Shown: one piece after another, positions 31,101 to 45,025 of the stretch
Numbering within the stretch: the stretch's first letter is position 1
Layout of the letters: every line of letters begins with the position of its first letter
From: an uncultured delta proteobacterium
GTDB lineage: Bacteria > Myxococcota_A > Polyangia > Polyangiales > Polyangiaceae
Direction of reading: 5' to 3'
DNA: 64,000 nt
NCBI GenBank assembly: GCA_963806225.1
Contig: CAWDXG010000004.1
Coordinates: 672,001-736,000, forward strand
Notes under the pieces: generated by a model
What the model saw: the letters and a program-made list of their open reading frames with translations, nothing else
Told to the model about the DNA's origin: nothing
The model's database searches: none
Program-made: the position numbers and the translations under genes

Positions 31101-32010
31101 GATCGACGATGGACGGATAGCCGCAGCTGCCGACGAGCTGCGTGCCGTTGGAATCCCCGAGCGGAAACGTGTCGTAGTCCACCGCAGGCTGCCCGAGCCC
31201 TTCCTCGAGGTTCGCCTTGTCAAGGTTGCGCAAAAGGCCGTCCTGCCCGCCGGAGCCCACTGTCGACGTGGCACCGGCCAGCACGAAGCGCAGCTCGCCC
31301 CAGTGGATCTCGTTGGCGTTGGCGCCACCCGCCGCGGGGATCTTCGTGTGGCCGCGCCGGCCCTTGCGCCAGTCGTTCCGCTGCTCGTAGCGCTCGCCCG
31401 TGTCCGTGTACGGCGGATTCTGCGCGTACGTGATGTGATCGTGCGTGTTGATCAGGCCCGGAGAGACGACACCGTCGGGACAGCTGATGCGCGTGGCGCC
31501 CGCCGCACTCTGGTCGCAGTTGCAGCCCACGCACGCGATGGTCCCCTGGGCGTCGACGAGCACCTGACCACCGCGGTAGATGGTGCCCGGCGTCAGCACG
31601 TCGCCCACGATGAGCTGACCGGTGCCAGTGCCCGCGGTGACCTCGCAGGTCCCCTGCGCGAGCGGCGGCAACGTGGCGCAGGTCACCACGTTGGCACCAC
31701 CGCCCCCTCCATCCGTGCCCGCGCCTCCATCCGTGCCCGCGCCTCCGTCCGTGCCCGCGCCTCCGTCCGTGCCCGCGCCTCCGTCCGCGCCCGCGGAGCC
31801 GCCGCCGCCGTCGAGGCCGGCCGAGCCCCCGCCGCCGTCGAGGCCGGCCGAGCCCCCGCCGCCGTCGATGCCGGCAGCCCCGGCCGAGCCCGAGCTGCCA
31901 GCGGCGCCGCCCGCGCCGCCGCCGCCGCCGGACGAGCCGCAGGCGACCGCCAACGCGAGCACCCACAATGAAACAAACGTCAGCATCACCCGCCGAGCCA
32001 CAGCAGCCAT
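28195..32010 (-). CDS. Large lipoprotein: amidohydrolase + TSP3 repeats + OB-fold/Ig-like + lamin-tail domain
   Basis: LAVAC lipobox; PGLINTHDH, HVSEG, IHAVG, ALGTDW; DxDGDGIPD..DCP..FNP; VINEVDYDQPGTD..EFVELYN. Confidence 0.85.
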   Translation of the reverse strand: MAAVARRVMLTFVSLWVLALAVACGSSGGGGGAGGAAGSSGSAGAAGIDGGGGSAGLDGGGGSAGLDGGGGSAGADGGAGTDGGAGTDGGAGTDGGAGTDGGGGGANVVTCATLPPLAQGTCEVTAGTGTGQLIVGDVLTPGTIYRGGQVLVDAQGTIACVGCNCDQSAAGATRISCPDGVVSPGLINTHDHITYAQNPPYTDTGERYEQRNDWRKGRRGHTKIPAAGGANANEIHWGELRFVLAGATSTVGSGGQDGLLRNLDKANLEEGLGQPAVDYDTFPLGDSNGTQLVGSCGYPSIVDPASLSGDDSYVPHVSEGIDAVAENEFQCLSSSANGGQDIIISKTALIHAVGLTPPDYAAMAAAGTSLIWSPRSNITLYGDTAIVTEASRLGVRIALGTDWMPTGSMNLLRELSCADFMNSKRFNHFFSDEQLWRMVTSDAAGVAAVDDVIGVLAQGKVADISIFDGSQNKDFRAVIDGEPKDVALVMRGGKVLYGDANVVSGLASGSCDALDVCGVQKQVCLQSDIGESLSALETAVGSSIYPAFFCGAPKNEPSCVPMRPTSVNGSSVYDGTTSATDSDGDGIPDATDDCPAVFNPIRPLDGGKQADFDGDGTGDACDPCPLDPNTATCTTYDPNDRDNDTIPNASDNCPTVPNKNQADADKDGKGDACDPCPNASNSGAAACPATIYDIKNGTLSPGTAVALSNALVTARFDSGFFLQVKPGDPDYNGSDYSGVFVYAPGNTVKAGDRVDVTTATIADYYGQIQLGGATVNVVSSLGEALPAPVVATAADVATGGARASQLESVLVEVDSVAVTDVAPAPGPGDAAPTNEFAVTSSLRVNDLLYLVTPFPVVGTQYVSISGVLDYRNNNSKLEPRGPADFVVGAPVLIGFGPTPTFTDVGQANTPTIPTPLTVNLSATPANDTFVTVVSSDTNALTVTGNGVNVKAGQLSAPVLVSGLAKSADVTLTATLGTTNMTAHVRVIGASEQPQVVSLSPASPILQPGATQAFTATLDIPAPVGGSLVALAVNPTDSGTLPASVTVPANTLSATFDYTDASVETNATITATLGASSAQASILVQAGSPKVVINEVDYDQPGTDLGEFVELYNAGSVPVSLSGFTLYFVNGSNSTVYRSVDLGPAGSLGAGQYLVVGASSVVSTVPSGALVIDAGAVTDSIQNGAPDGIALVDSNASALVDALSYEGAMTAVPVPGVGTASLVEGTVLATSTADNNSSVASLCRMPNGSDTDDANTDWSVCTHVTPGDENQL
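31706..31876 (-). repeat. Coding tandem repeats (18 bp x about 5; 27 bp x about 3) encoding a Gly-rich linker
   Basis: cctcc(a/g)tccgtgcccgcg units from 31706; gccgccgtcgaggccggccgagccccc units near 31804-31860. Confidence 0.85.
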
Positions 32011-32239
32011 CACTCGATACGTAGCTCAATCCGGCGCCGGCGGCGCAGACGGCCGTCATTTCGCCCGCCCCGCCGCCCACCCCCGGAGCGAGGCGCGCCG
32101 ACCGGCCGGGTGCAGGAGCCCGATTTCATGGAGAATTGCCAGATCCGGCAAAGAGCGTTTCCACCGGCAGAGCGCGCTCCGTAGTCGTTGACTGCCCCCG
32201 GCGCCGGTGCCACCGTCTCCCAAACCTGGAGGTGGTCGC

Positions 32240-32857
32240 ATGTTGCGCAAGGTAGTCGGATTGCTGTCTCTGGCGCTCACCCTGCTCGTGATGGGCTGCG
32301 GTGGACTAAAGTTCATGAACGAGGCGAAGCCTCCGCAGGCCGTTGCCGCGGATCCGGCGAACGCCACGGTCGTCTTCATCCGACCGTCGGGCTACGGCGG
32401 CGGCGCAAGCTTCAACATCATCGACCAGAGCGGGAGGTTCCTCGGCGAGGTCAACGGCGAGAGCTACTTCGTGTCGAAGATGCCCCCGGGCCAGTACACG
32501 TTCATCGCGTGGAGCGAAGGCACGCCCGCGATGCAGGCGACCGTCGAGGCCGGCAAGGTCTACTACGTGGAGGTCGGCGTCACGATCGGCATGTGGGGCG
32601 GACATGCCCGGCTGTTCGCCATCGGGCCCCAGCGTGAACAGTGGGCGAAGCTTCCGAAGTGGCTGGCCGACTCGACGGAGCTGCTTCCGAAGCCGGACGC
32701 CTCCTCGAAGTTCAGCGCCGACCGCGGCAGCGACGAGAAGGAAGTCATCCAGAAGGGCGTGAACAACTACGCCGGCTACGAGGGCGACGAGAAGCAGAAG
32801 CGCACGTTGTTGCCGAGTGACGGTGTGAGCGCACCGGTAACGCCTTCCGCCGGCTAG
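32240..32857 (+). CDS. DUF2846-like lipoprotein
   Basis: GGAGG SD; VMGC lipobox; ATVVFIRPS..YFV..PGQY..EAGKVYYVEV. Confidence 0.75.
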   Translation: MLRKVVGLLSLALTLLVMGCGGLKFMNEAKPPQAVAADPANATVVFIRPSGYGGGASFNIIDQSGRFLGEVNGESYFVSKMPPGQYTFIAWSEGTPAMQATVEAGKVYYVEVGVTIGMWGGHARLFAIGPQREQWAKLPKWLADSTELLPKPDASSKFSADRGSDEKEVIQKGVNNYAGYEGDEKQKRTLLPSDGVSAPVTPSAG

Positions 32858-32887
32858 ACCTGCCCGCCGGCCACGCCATCGATCGAG

Positions 32888-34285
32888 CTAGCGCGCCCGA
32901 TCCCGGCCCGTGAACAGCACGACCGCGTCGTCGTCCACGCCGATACCGGCGCGCCCGAGCGTGAGCAGGCCAGCCAGGCCGGAGCTGCCCGTCGCGTCGA
33001 CGGGAATCGTCGTGCTGGCGCGAGCCAGGCGGTTGGCCTCGGCAACCGTGGGATCGGACACGACGATCGGGAAGCCGCCCGAGCGGAGCATGCCGCGCGT
33101 GACCGCGAACCAGTCGTAGGTCTCGTCGTCGAGAATGCCGTGGGCCAGCCCGTGCGGCTCGCCCTCCCACGGCCACATGAACTCGTTCTTGTGCGTGACG
33201 GCGTAGCCGAGCGCCGCTTCGAGCTCCAACCCGTCACGGTGCTCGCGGACCAGATCCGCCCACTGCCGCGCACTGTCGAGCTCGATGCCCGCGCCGCTCT
33301 CCGGCGGCAGCTCGCCTCCGTAGCCCAGCGCGGGCAGGACACGCCGCATCACCCGCGCCCAGGCGCGGCAGAGCGGCGCTACGGCCTCCGTCTGCACGGC
33401 ATGGAAGCGCGGCAGCCGGCCCGCGCCGCGGCGCTCGGCTTCCTCATAGGCCTGCACCGTGGCGCTGGCGAGCGCTCCGCCGCCGACCTGGACGAAAATC
33501 CTATCAGGCGGTGCCGAAGCGGCGAGCATCTCGTACGCGAGCGTCATTCCGCCTTCGACGACCAGCCCGTTGTCGCTGCCCTGGCACGAGAACGGGACCG
33601 CTCCCTCGGTCACGGCGCGGCGGAAGCCGAGCGTGCACGGATCGCCCGGCTCGGCGCCGTCCCGCTGGCACACTTCTACCGTCGCACCGAGCGCGTCGAG
33701 CCGCGAGACCACGGCGGGCTCCGCCCAGGTCGGCACGAACACGCGCAGCGTCCGCCCGGCCGCGCTCGCCACCACCGCGGCGGCCAGCGCGGCGTTGCCG
33801 CAGCTCGAGATCGCCAGCGGGCGTTCGCGCGCCGGAGCGCCCGGCAGCGTCTCGAGATACAGCATGAGCCCCATCAGGTGCCGCGCCTTGTGTGAGCCGG
33901 CGACGTTCCCGGTCTCGTCCTTGACGCGCAGGCGCCCCTTCCAACCCACAGCGCGCGCGAGCTCCACTGCGTCGCCGAACGGCGTCTTCGAGAAACCGTG
34001 GCCGTCCACCTCGGCGACACGCCGGTCGAGCGCCCTCACCTGTTCGACCCAAGCCTGATCTTCCACGCCCGCGCGCTGGTAGGAGCCGAGCAGCGAGCGG
34101 AAGGCGATGAACGGATTGTCGTCGTCCGGCGCAGGGAACGGAACGTGTGCCACGTCCAGCCGCCGCTCCAGCACGTGATCGACGTTGTCGCCCTCGCGCG
34201 CGTGTGGACAGCGGAACGGCGGCAGACCGCTGCCCTCGACGCGCTCTCCGCAGCCGCTGCACACGAAGAACGTCGGCAGGTTCAT
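32888..34285 (-). CDS. Threonine-synthase-like PLP enzyme (fold type II)
   Basis: N-terminal CSGC..CP; VKDETGNVAGSHKARH, SSCGNAA, VQVGGGAL, TGSSGLAGL. Confidence 0.82.
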   Translation of the reverse strand: MNLPTFFVCSGCGERVEGSGLPPFRCPHAREGDNVDHVLERRLDVAHVPFPAPDDDNPFIAFRSLLGSYQRAGVEDQAWVEQVRALDRRVAEVDGHGFSKTPFGDAVELARAVGWKGRLRVKDETGNVAGSHKARHLMGLMLYLETLPGAPARERPLAISSCGNAALAAAVVASAAGRTLRVFVPTWAEPAVVSRLDALGATVEVCQRDGAEPGDPCTLGFRRAVTEGAVPFSCQGSDNGLVVEGGMTLAYEMLAASAPPDRIFVQVGGGALASATVQAYEEAERRGAGRLPRFHAVQTEAVAPLCRAWARVMRRVLPALGYGGELPPESGAGIELDSARQWADLVREHRDGLELEAALGYAVTHKNEFMWPWEGEPHGLAHGILDDETYDWFAVTRGMLRSGGFPIVVSDPTVAEANRLARASTTIPVDATGSSGLAGLLTLGRAGIGVDDDAVVLFTGRDRAR

Positions 34286-34293
34286 GTTCGGCC

Positions 34294-35787
<1,494 letters not shown>

Positions 35788-35790
35788 GAT

Positions 35791-37017
35791 TCATCCTATC
35801 GCCTGCATCCGCGCGCCGAGGCGCGCGACCTGTTCGCGCGCCTCGGCGACAATGGCCCCGTGGTCGGCGACCAGCAGGCGGCCCTCCCGTACCACGATCC
35901 GTCCCGCGACGACCACGAGGCTCGTCACCCCGCCCGCAGTCACCACCAGGTCGGCCACGGCGCCCGACGAAAGGCCGAACCCGGCGCCGAAGCGCGCGGA
36001 AAGCAGCCGCCTGCCGCCGTCGAAGCGGCGCGCCGCTTCCGCGGCCGGCTCGCCGTGAGCAGCAAGCTGCTCGGCCAGCACCCGCCGCTCCTCGAGCATC
36101 TCCGCCGGGTAGCCGTCGGTGCCGAGCGCCACGTTCGGGTGGTCCGGCAGATACGCCGGATAGCCGACCTTGTTGCCCAGGTTCGAGCGCGGGTTCTGCA
36201 CGATCCAGCAGCCGCGCTCCCGGGCCAGCCGCATCGCCGCGGCATCGAGGTGCACGCCGTGCGCCAGGATCGACCCGGGCACGAGCGCGCCCAGCTGGTC
36301 GAGCCGCTCGAGCGGCCCGGCGTAGCCGCGCTGTCGCGCGTCCTCGACGTCCTCGGCGGCCTCGGCCATGTGCACGTGCAACACCGTGCCGAGCTCGCGG
36401 CACAGGTCCCCGGCGCGCCGCAGCGTCGCGTCGGAGACCGTGAACGATGCGTGCAGCCCGACCAGCCCCTTCACGCGATCGCTGTCACGCTCCCGCGCGA
36501 AGCGCCGGCACTCGTCGAGCCCGCGCCCGGCTTCCTCGAGCCCACCGTTGCGCTCCGTCGCGCCGTAGCAGCAGAGCGCGCGCATCCCGAGCTCCTCGCA
36601 GGCGTCCGCCAGGATGTCGAGCGAGCCTTCGACAAGCGCGGGCGACTCGTGGTGGTCGACAAGCGCCGTCGTGCCGGCGAGCAGCGCCTCGGCGACGTAG
36701 TAGCGCGCCGCCGCGCCGAGCGACGCCGCGTCCAGCGCGCGATCGAGCTTCCACCACAGCCGCTCGAGGATCTGGAGGAAGGTCTCCGGCGCGGGCGTCG
36801 GCGGCGGCAGGCCGAGCGCGAACAGGCCGCTGTACAGATGCGTGTGGGCGTTGACGCGGCCCGGCTCGATGACCGCGTCGGCGCAGCGCACCTGCGCGGC
36901 GCACTCCGGCGGCGCTTCCGGCAACGTGCCGACCGCCGCGATGTGCCCGTCGGCAATCGCCACCCAGCGCCCGTTGCGATCCGGGCCGATCAGGAGCTTG
37001 TTCAAGTCGCTTTCCAA
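35791..37017 (-). CDS. ssnA: SsnA-like amidohydrolase (start codon uncertain)
   Basis: NAHTHLYS, FLQILERLWWKLDRALD, DHHES, CYGATERNG, GLHASFT, HVHMAE, NPRSN, LGTDG. Confidence 0.82.
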   Translation of the reverse strand: MESDLNKLLIGPDRNGRWVAIADGHIAAVGTLPEAPPECAAQVRCADAVIEPGRVNAHTHLYSGLFALGLPPPTPAPETFLQILERLWWKLDRALDAASLGAAARYYVAEALLAGTTALVDHHESPALVEGSLDILADACEELGMRALCCYGATERNGGLEEAGRGLDECRRFARERDSDRVKGLVGLHASFTVSDATLRRAGDLCRELGTVLHVHMAEAAEDVEDARQRGYAGPLERLDQLGALVPGSILAHGVHLDAAAMRLARERGCWIVQNPRSNLGNKVGYPAYLPDHPNVALGTDGYPAEMLEERRVLAEQLAAHGEPAAEAARRFDGGRRLLSARFGAGFGLSSGAVADLVVTAGGVTSLVVVAGRIVVREGRLLVADHGAIVAEAREQVARLGARMQAIG

Positions 37018-37024
37018 GCCTGGC

Positions 37025-39664
<2,640 letters not shown>

Positions 39665-39806
39665 GGTATCTCCAGCTTTCGAAAGCCGGATGATACCGCA
39701 ATTTTCCGCGGACGTTGACGCGCGGGGCCGGGGAGAGCACCGTTATCGTGTTCCCGCTTCCTCTTTTCCTCCAGGCCCCGAACGCGCGCGGCCGGGAAGG
39801 AGCCAT

Positions 39807-40919
39807 ATGTCCTCCAGGTATTTCGCTGCAGCGGTCCTCATGGCCTTTGCTGGGCTCGTCGGCTACGGGTGCAGCGCCGCATCTGGAGCCGCCAACTCGC
39901 CCGGCAGCGGTGGCGGAGCCGCCACGGGCGGCGGCAGCAATGGGGGGACCGGCGGCGGCAGCGGCGGCATCGACGGTGGCGGCGCGCAGGGCGGCAGCGC
40001 GGGCAACCCACAGGGCGGCAGCGGGGGCAGCGGCGCCAGTGCCGGCAGCGGCGGCAGCTCGGGCAGCGGCGGCGGGCTGGGGCACTGCGATCCCAAGAAC
40101 GGCGATCTCGCCGGCTGCGAGTGCACGGCCGGCACGCCCCCCCGCCCCTGCTACCCGTCCTCGCTCGATCCGGCGACGCGTCACATCGGCGACTGCAAGG
40201 ACGGCACGCAGAAGTGCACCGGCGGCGGCGAGTTCCCGGTCTGGGGCAACTGCACCGGCGCGGTCGGCCCCGCGAGCGAAGTCTGCAACGACGGCCAGGA
40301 CAACGACTGCAACAACAAGGCCGACTGCGGCGACCCCTCGTGCGCCACTTTCCCAGGCTGCGGCGGCAGTTGCGCGAACGGCCAGACCCGCCCCTGCTAC
40401 ACCGGGCCGCCTAACACCCAGGGCGTCGGCACCTGCCGCGCCGGCACGCAGACCTGTACCAACGGCAACTGGCCCACCACCTGCACCGGCGAGGTCACGC
40501 CGGTGAAGGAAGTGTGCAGCGACGGGCTCGACCACAACTGCAATCACCTGCCCGGCTGCCTCGACGCGTTCGCCTGCGCGCTCGACCCGGCCTGCCAGCC
40601 CACGTGCAAGGCCGATCCCGGCTGCAGCTGCCCCAGCGGCAGCGGCGAGACCGCCACCTGCCCCGACGGCACCTACGGCATCACCAAGGGCGCCACCATC
40701 ACCAAGCCGGGCACCGTCGAGTGCTGCCCGTGCACCGCGAGCGACTGCGGCAACCCCGGCTGCTGCGCGGAGTCGGTGTGCAAGGGCAACTCGCAGTGCT
40801 CCGGTTTCCAGTGCGGCCCGCTGCCCGCCTCCTGCGGCGGCAAGGTCGGCTTCGACTGCGACGACTTCCCCGAAGACTGCGACGTCACCTGCTGCAAATG
40901 CACGCAGTGCCCGCCGTGA
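39807..40919 (+). CDS. Cys-rich lipoprotein with EVCxDGxDxxCN metal-binding-type repeats
   Basis: AGGAG SD; VGYGC lipobox; Gly linker; EVCNDGQDNDCN, EVCSDGLDHNCN. Confidence 0.82.
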   Translation: MSSRYFAAAVLMAFAGLVGYGCSAASGAANSPGSGGGAATGGGSNGGTGGGSGGIDGGGAQGGSAGNPQGGSGGSGASAGSGGSSGSGGGLGHCDPKNGDLAGCECTAGTPPRPCYPSSLDPATRHIGDCKDGTQKCTGGGEFPVWGNCTGAVGPASEVCNDGQDNDCNNKADCGDPSCATFPGCGGSCANGQTRPCYTGPPNTQGVGTCRAGTQTCTNGNWPTTCTGEVTPVKEVCSDGLDHNCNHLPGCLDAFACALDPACQPTCKADPGCSCPSGSGETATCPDGTYGITKGATITKPGTVECCPCTASDCGNPGCCAESVCKGNSQCSGFQCGPLPASCGGKVGFDCDDFPEDCDVTCCKCTQCPP

Positions 40920-41033
40920 TCTCCCCCTATAGCTCCGGCGGGTCCTGGCAGCCGCGGCGCCCAGTTGGCGTCGCGGCGAGGCCCGGCTACGCTCCCGACG
41001 TTGAACCCCCGGAGCGACGACGAAACGCAGGCG

Positions 41034-43349
41034 ATGACCGACTTCAAGTCGGCCGCCATGCAGACCGGGAGCCGGCGCCCGGTGATCGGCGGGCGCTACG
41101 AAGTGCTCGGGCTGGTCGGCGCAGGCGGCATGGGCAGCGTGTACCGCGTGCGCGACAGGGAGCTCGACGAAATCGTTGCGCTCAAGATGCTGAAGCGTGA
41201 GCTCATGACTCTGCCGGGCGTGCTCGAGCGTTTCAAGCGCGAGGTGAAGCTGGCCCGGCGGGTGACCCATCCCAACGTCGCCCGCACCTTCGACATCGGC
41301 GAGCACGAGGGCGAGCGGTTCCTCACGATGGAGTACATCGACGGCGAGCCGCTGTCGGCGGAGCTCGCGCGCGGCGGCGCGCTGTCAATCGCGCGTGCGC
41401 TGTCCATCGCCAGAGCCCAGTGCGCCGGCCTGACGGCAGCGCACGACGCTGGCGTTGTGCACCGGGACCTCAAGCCGCACAATGTGATGCTCGAAAAAAG
41501 CGGCCGCGTGGTGGTGACCGACTTCGGCATTGCGCGCACGCACGTCGACGAACCGTCGCACACGCTGGGCGGCGCGCTCGGCACGCCCGCCTACATGGCG
41601 CCCGAGCAGGTGGAGGGAGCGCGCGATGTGGACGCTCGCGCAGACGTGTACGCGCTCGGCGTGACGCTGTTCGAGATGCTGACAGGCGAGCTGCCCTGGC
41701 AGGGCGACTCGGCGATCACACTCGCGGCAGCGCGCCTCACCGGATCGCCGCCCGACCCGCGCACACGACGCCCGGACCTTCCCGAAGATATCGCAGAGCT
41801 GGTGCTCGGCTGCATGGCGCGCTCGCCAGACGATCGACCGGCGAGCGCGCGGGACCTGGCGAAGACACTGGCGGACCTGATCTCGACCTGGAGCGACGTG
41901 ACGGAGGAGCCCCCCGCCTCGAGCTGGCGCCCGGTGCTACCCGCCGACCCCACTCCGGTGGGCGACAAGACCGTTGCGGTGCTGCCCTTCAAGAACGGCG
42001 GTCCACGCGACGACCAGTACATCGCCGAGGGTCTGACCGAAGATCTGATCGACACACTCAGCATGGCGCAGGGGCTCAGGCTCCGCCCACACAGCGCTGT
42101 GGTCGCGTTCACTGGCGCGGTGGACTCGCGCGAGGTGGGCCGCGAGCTCGGCGTGCAGGTCGTGGTCGAGGGCTCCGTGCGGCGCGCTGGACAGATGCTG
42201 CGCATCGCCGCACGGCTCGTCAGCGTGGCGGACGGCTTCCAGCTCTGGGCAAAGCGCTTCGATCGACCCGCCACCGATCTGCTCGTGGTCAGCGACGAGG
42301 CGGCCGCTGCCATCGCCGAGGCGCTCACGGTAGCCGCTGCCGCCCCCGTACGCGCGGCGCCCACCGACCCGCGCGCGATCGAGCTCTACCTCAAGGCGCG
42401 CGCCGAGCTCCGGCGGCAGTGGCGCGCGCCGGTGGAGCGCTCGGTCGAGCTGTACCGTCAAGCGCTCGCTCTGGCGCCCGGCGATGCGACGATCCTGGCC
42501 GGCTACGCGCGGGCTTGCGTGCGGCTGTGGTTCTTCAACGGCAACGAGGAGCTCGGAGAACAAGCCGAGCAGCTCGCAGAGCAAGCGCTGGCCCGCGCTC
42601 CGGAGGGCAGCGACTCGCTCGTCGCGATGGCCGGCGTGCACTTCGCCCAGCGCCGGGTGGCTGCGGCCGCACGCGGGGTGCAGGCAGCGCTGTCACGGGC
42701 GCCGCTCCTGGCCGACGCCCACCACCTGCTGGGACTGATCCTGGGCGAGATCGGCCGGCCCGAGCTCGCCATCGCCCAGCTCCAGAGTGCGGACCAGCTC
42801 GACCCCGGCCTGCGCGCGGGCTTCGACCTGGCACGCCTGCTCGCTCTGCTCGGCAGGTACGACGAAGCGCTGTCGATCCTGCACCGTCCCGCCGAGGATC
42901 CGGAGTCGCAGTTCTCCGCGCTCTCGCTTGCCGCGCGGTTCGCTCTGTGGCGCGGCGACAGCGAGCACGCTAGGAAGCTCCGGCCAGCGCTCGAGGCGGC
43001 ACCCACGACCGAGCCCATCGAGTACGCCCGGCTGCTCGTCTCGCTGCTCGAGAAGGGCAGCCTCGGGCCCGACGAGCTCGCCTTCATGCAAGAGCAGCTC
43101 GGCGTGCGCCGCGGCCGGCAGATGGTGCTGGTGCACCAGCTCGAGTGCGAGGCTTTCGCCCGCGCGGGCGAGCCTGCCAGCGCGCTCGAGCAGCTCGACA
43201 GAGCGGTCGACACAGGTCTTCACGACCTGACCTGGCTCGAGCACTGCGAGGCGCTGGAATCGCTACGGAGCGACCCGCGCTTCGACAAGGCGCTCCGCGT
43301 CGTCTCGGAGCGCGCCCGCGAGGTACGCGCCGCGCTCGGGCTGGACTAG
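41034..43349 (+). CDS. Ser/Thr kinase + TolB_N-like domain + TPRs (start uncertain, 40965-41058)
   Basis: GAGGMGSV, VALK, HRDLKPHN, DFG, GTPAYMAPE; VAVLPF...EGSVR...QLW; LRSDPRF. Confidence 0.9.
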   Translation: MTDFKSAAMQTGSRRPVIGGRYEVLGLVGAGGMGSVYRVRDRELDEIVALKMLKRELMTLPGVLERFKREVKLARRVTHPNVARTFDIGEHEGERFLTMEYIDGEPLSAELARGGALSIARALSIARAQCAGLTAAHDAGVVHRDLKPHNVMLEKSGRVVVTDFGIARTHVDEPSHTLGGALGTPAYMAPEQVEGARDVDARADVYALGVTLFEMLTGELPWQGDSAITLAAARLTGSPPDPRTRRPDLPEDIAELVLGCMARSPDDRPASARDLAKTLADLISTWSDVTEEPPASSWRPVLPADPTPVGDKTVAVLPFKNGGPRDDQYIAEGLTEDLIDTLSMAQGLRLRPHSAVVAFTGAVDSREVGRELGVQVVVEGSVRRAGQMLRIAARLVSVADGFQLWAKRFDRPATDLLVVSDEAAAAIAEALTVAAAAPVRAAPTDPRAIELYLKARAELRRQWRAPVERSVELYRQALALAPGDATILAGYARACVRLWFFNGNEELGEQAEQLAEQALARAPEGSDSLVAMAGVHFAQRRVAAAARGVQAALSRAPLLADAHHLLGLILGEIGRPELAIAQLQSADQLDPGLRAGFDLARLLALLGRYDEALSILHRPAEDPESQFSALSLAARFALWRGDSEHARKLRPALEAAPTTEPIEYARLLVSLLEKGSLGPDELAFMQEQLGVRRGRQMVLVHQLECEAFARAGEPASALEQLDRAVDTGLHDLTWLEHCEALESLRSDPRFDKALRVVSERAREVRAALGLD

Positions 43350-43369
43350 ACCGCGTCAGCGTCGCGGCG

Positions 43370-43633
43370 CTACTTCAGCTGGCTGTCCTTGCTGCCGCGC
43401 CGGTTGTACAGGGCGTGCTCGGTCTCCTCCGCGTCGGCCTCGGCCTGGCACTCGACGCAGCGCCGCACCCCGGGCAGCGCGTTCCGCCGCTTTTCCGGAA
43501 TCGGCTCGCCGCAGCTCTCGCAATCCGCGAGGCTCTCGCCCCTGAGGCGGCTCCGCGCCCGCTCGACGGCGTCCGCCACACTGGCGTCGATCTGCTCCTG
43601 CACCGCCCCGTCCTTGGCCCAACCTGTCGCCAT
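43370..43633 (-). CDS. ybiI: DksA/TraR C4 zinc-finger protein (YbiI type)
   Basis: MATGWAKDGAVQEQIDASV..CESCGEPIP..RR..PGVRRCVECQ..NRRGSKDSQLK. Confidence 0.9.
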   Translation of the reverse strand: MATGWAKDGAVQEQIDASVADAVERARSRLRGESLADCESCGEPIPEKRRNALPGVRRCVECQAEADAEETEHALYNRRGSKDSQLK

Positions 43634-43945
43634 CGCCTGATCCCTTGTCGCTCGCGTCTTCCGCCAAGAATAGCCGAGCGCCCGTCTTCGTCCAGCCGGT
43701 TCACTCCTTCCCGCCATCCGCCGTACCCGCGTCCGTGGAGGCAGCTTCCGCTCCAGGCGCACACGGATCCGGCGGCGGCGCGACAGGCGGCGCGACCGCT
43801 CCGAGCGTCGCAGCGCTGCCTAGCTTCCCGCCGCACCGCATCCTCGTCGAGCACCGGGCGACATAAGTCCTTTCCGTGCGGGAGGGCAGCACGCGGCAGT
43901 AGACCGTCTGGGGTTTGTCGGTCCGGCGCGGTATCCTGCGGGGCG

Positions 43946-44989
43946 ATGTCGTCACTGCGCGTCGCGTGTCTGTTCGCCGTCGCGCTCGCGGCGTGCAGCT
44001 CCGCGCCGGGCGCCGCGACGGACGGCGACGCCGCGGTCGCGCCCGTCGACGGCACCAGCGATTCGGCCGACGCCGGCGCGGCCGGCGACGCGGGCGACGC
44101 GGGTGCCGCCGACGCGAGCGACGCCTCGGCGTCGTGCCCCGCGCCGGCGCTCGCCGCCGTGCTGACGTTCCAGCTCGCGCACGCGGCCTATCCCGGCAGC
44201 GGTCACCCCGACGTGGCCGTGCACGTGCCGCCCGGTTTCGATCCCTGTCGCCAGCCGTCGCTGGTGATGTTCTTCCACGGCTTCGAGAACTGCGTCATGA
44301 ACGCCATGGGCGCGACCGACAGCGTGTGCACGCCCGGCAGCCCGGCGCGCGTGGCGCTCCACCTCGCCGAGCAGTTCGACGCCGCAAACGTCAACGCCAT
44401 CCTCGTCGCGCCGGAGCTTTCCTTCGACGCCGACACCGGCAACCCCGGCAACCTGGACAACCCCGGCGAGGTCCGCGCCATGCTCTCCGAGCTCCTGGTC
44501 GACAATCTCGCGCCGCTCCTCGGCGTGTCGGTCGACGTGCCCGATCTGGATCGCATCGTGGTCGCCTCGCACTCCGGCGGCTACTGGGCCACGGCGCGTA
44601 CGCTCGCGGTGGGCGGCCTCGATGTCGACGAGGTCGAGCTCTACGACTCGCTCTACGGCCAGGACTCCACCTACTCCGACTGGACGACGAGCGACGTCTC
44701 GCTGTTCGACCCGTCCGCGCTGCCCGCGCGGCGTTTTTCCATGATCTGGACCACCGGCGGCGGCACCTACGCCCTGTCCGAGCAGCTCGAGAGCAACGTC
44801 GAGAGCGCGCTCTCCAGCGCCGGGCTCGATTCGCTGCTGTTCTTCCAGGAGGACACCGCGCCCACGCCCACCGACGCGGAGCTCGCGCAACCGTTCGTGT
44901 TCAAGCACAGCGGCCTTTCCCACTACGGCGTGCCGCTCTACTACTTCGAGCGCGTGCTCGCCGCCTCGGACATCGCGCCGATCCCCTGA
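43946..44989 (+). CDS. Alpha/beta-hydrolase-fold lipoprotein
   Basis: LAAC lipobox; MFFHG, ASHSGGY nucleophile motif, LYDSLY, C-terminal His. Confidence 0.78.
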   Translation: MSSLRVACLFAVALAACSSAPGAATDGDAAVAPVDGTSDSADAGAAGDAGDAGAADASDASASCPAPALAAVLTFQLAHAAYPGSGHPDVAVHVPPGFDPCRQPSLVMFFHGFENCVMNAMGATDSVCTPGSPARVALHLAEQFDAANVNAILVAPELSFDADTGNPGNLDNPGEVRAMLSELLVDNLAPLLGVSVDVPDLDRIVVASHSGGYWATARTLAVGGLDVDEVELYDSLYGQDSTYSDWTTSDVSLFDPSALPARRFSMIWTTGGGTYALSEQLESNVESALSSAGLDSLLFFQEDTAPTPTDAELAQPFVFKHSGLSHYGVPLYYFERVLAASDIAPIP

Positions 44990-45025
44990 GCCGACGCCAC
45001 TAGCTGCGCGCCGGACGATCCGGGC

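Noticed and set aside
43645..43940. Short ORFs between ybiI and the hydrolase (e.g. 43701..43955-)
   Set aside because: Low-complexity translation without a clear RBS or family motif; cannot be supported.
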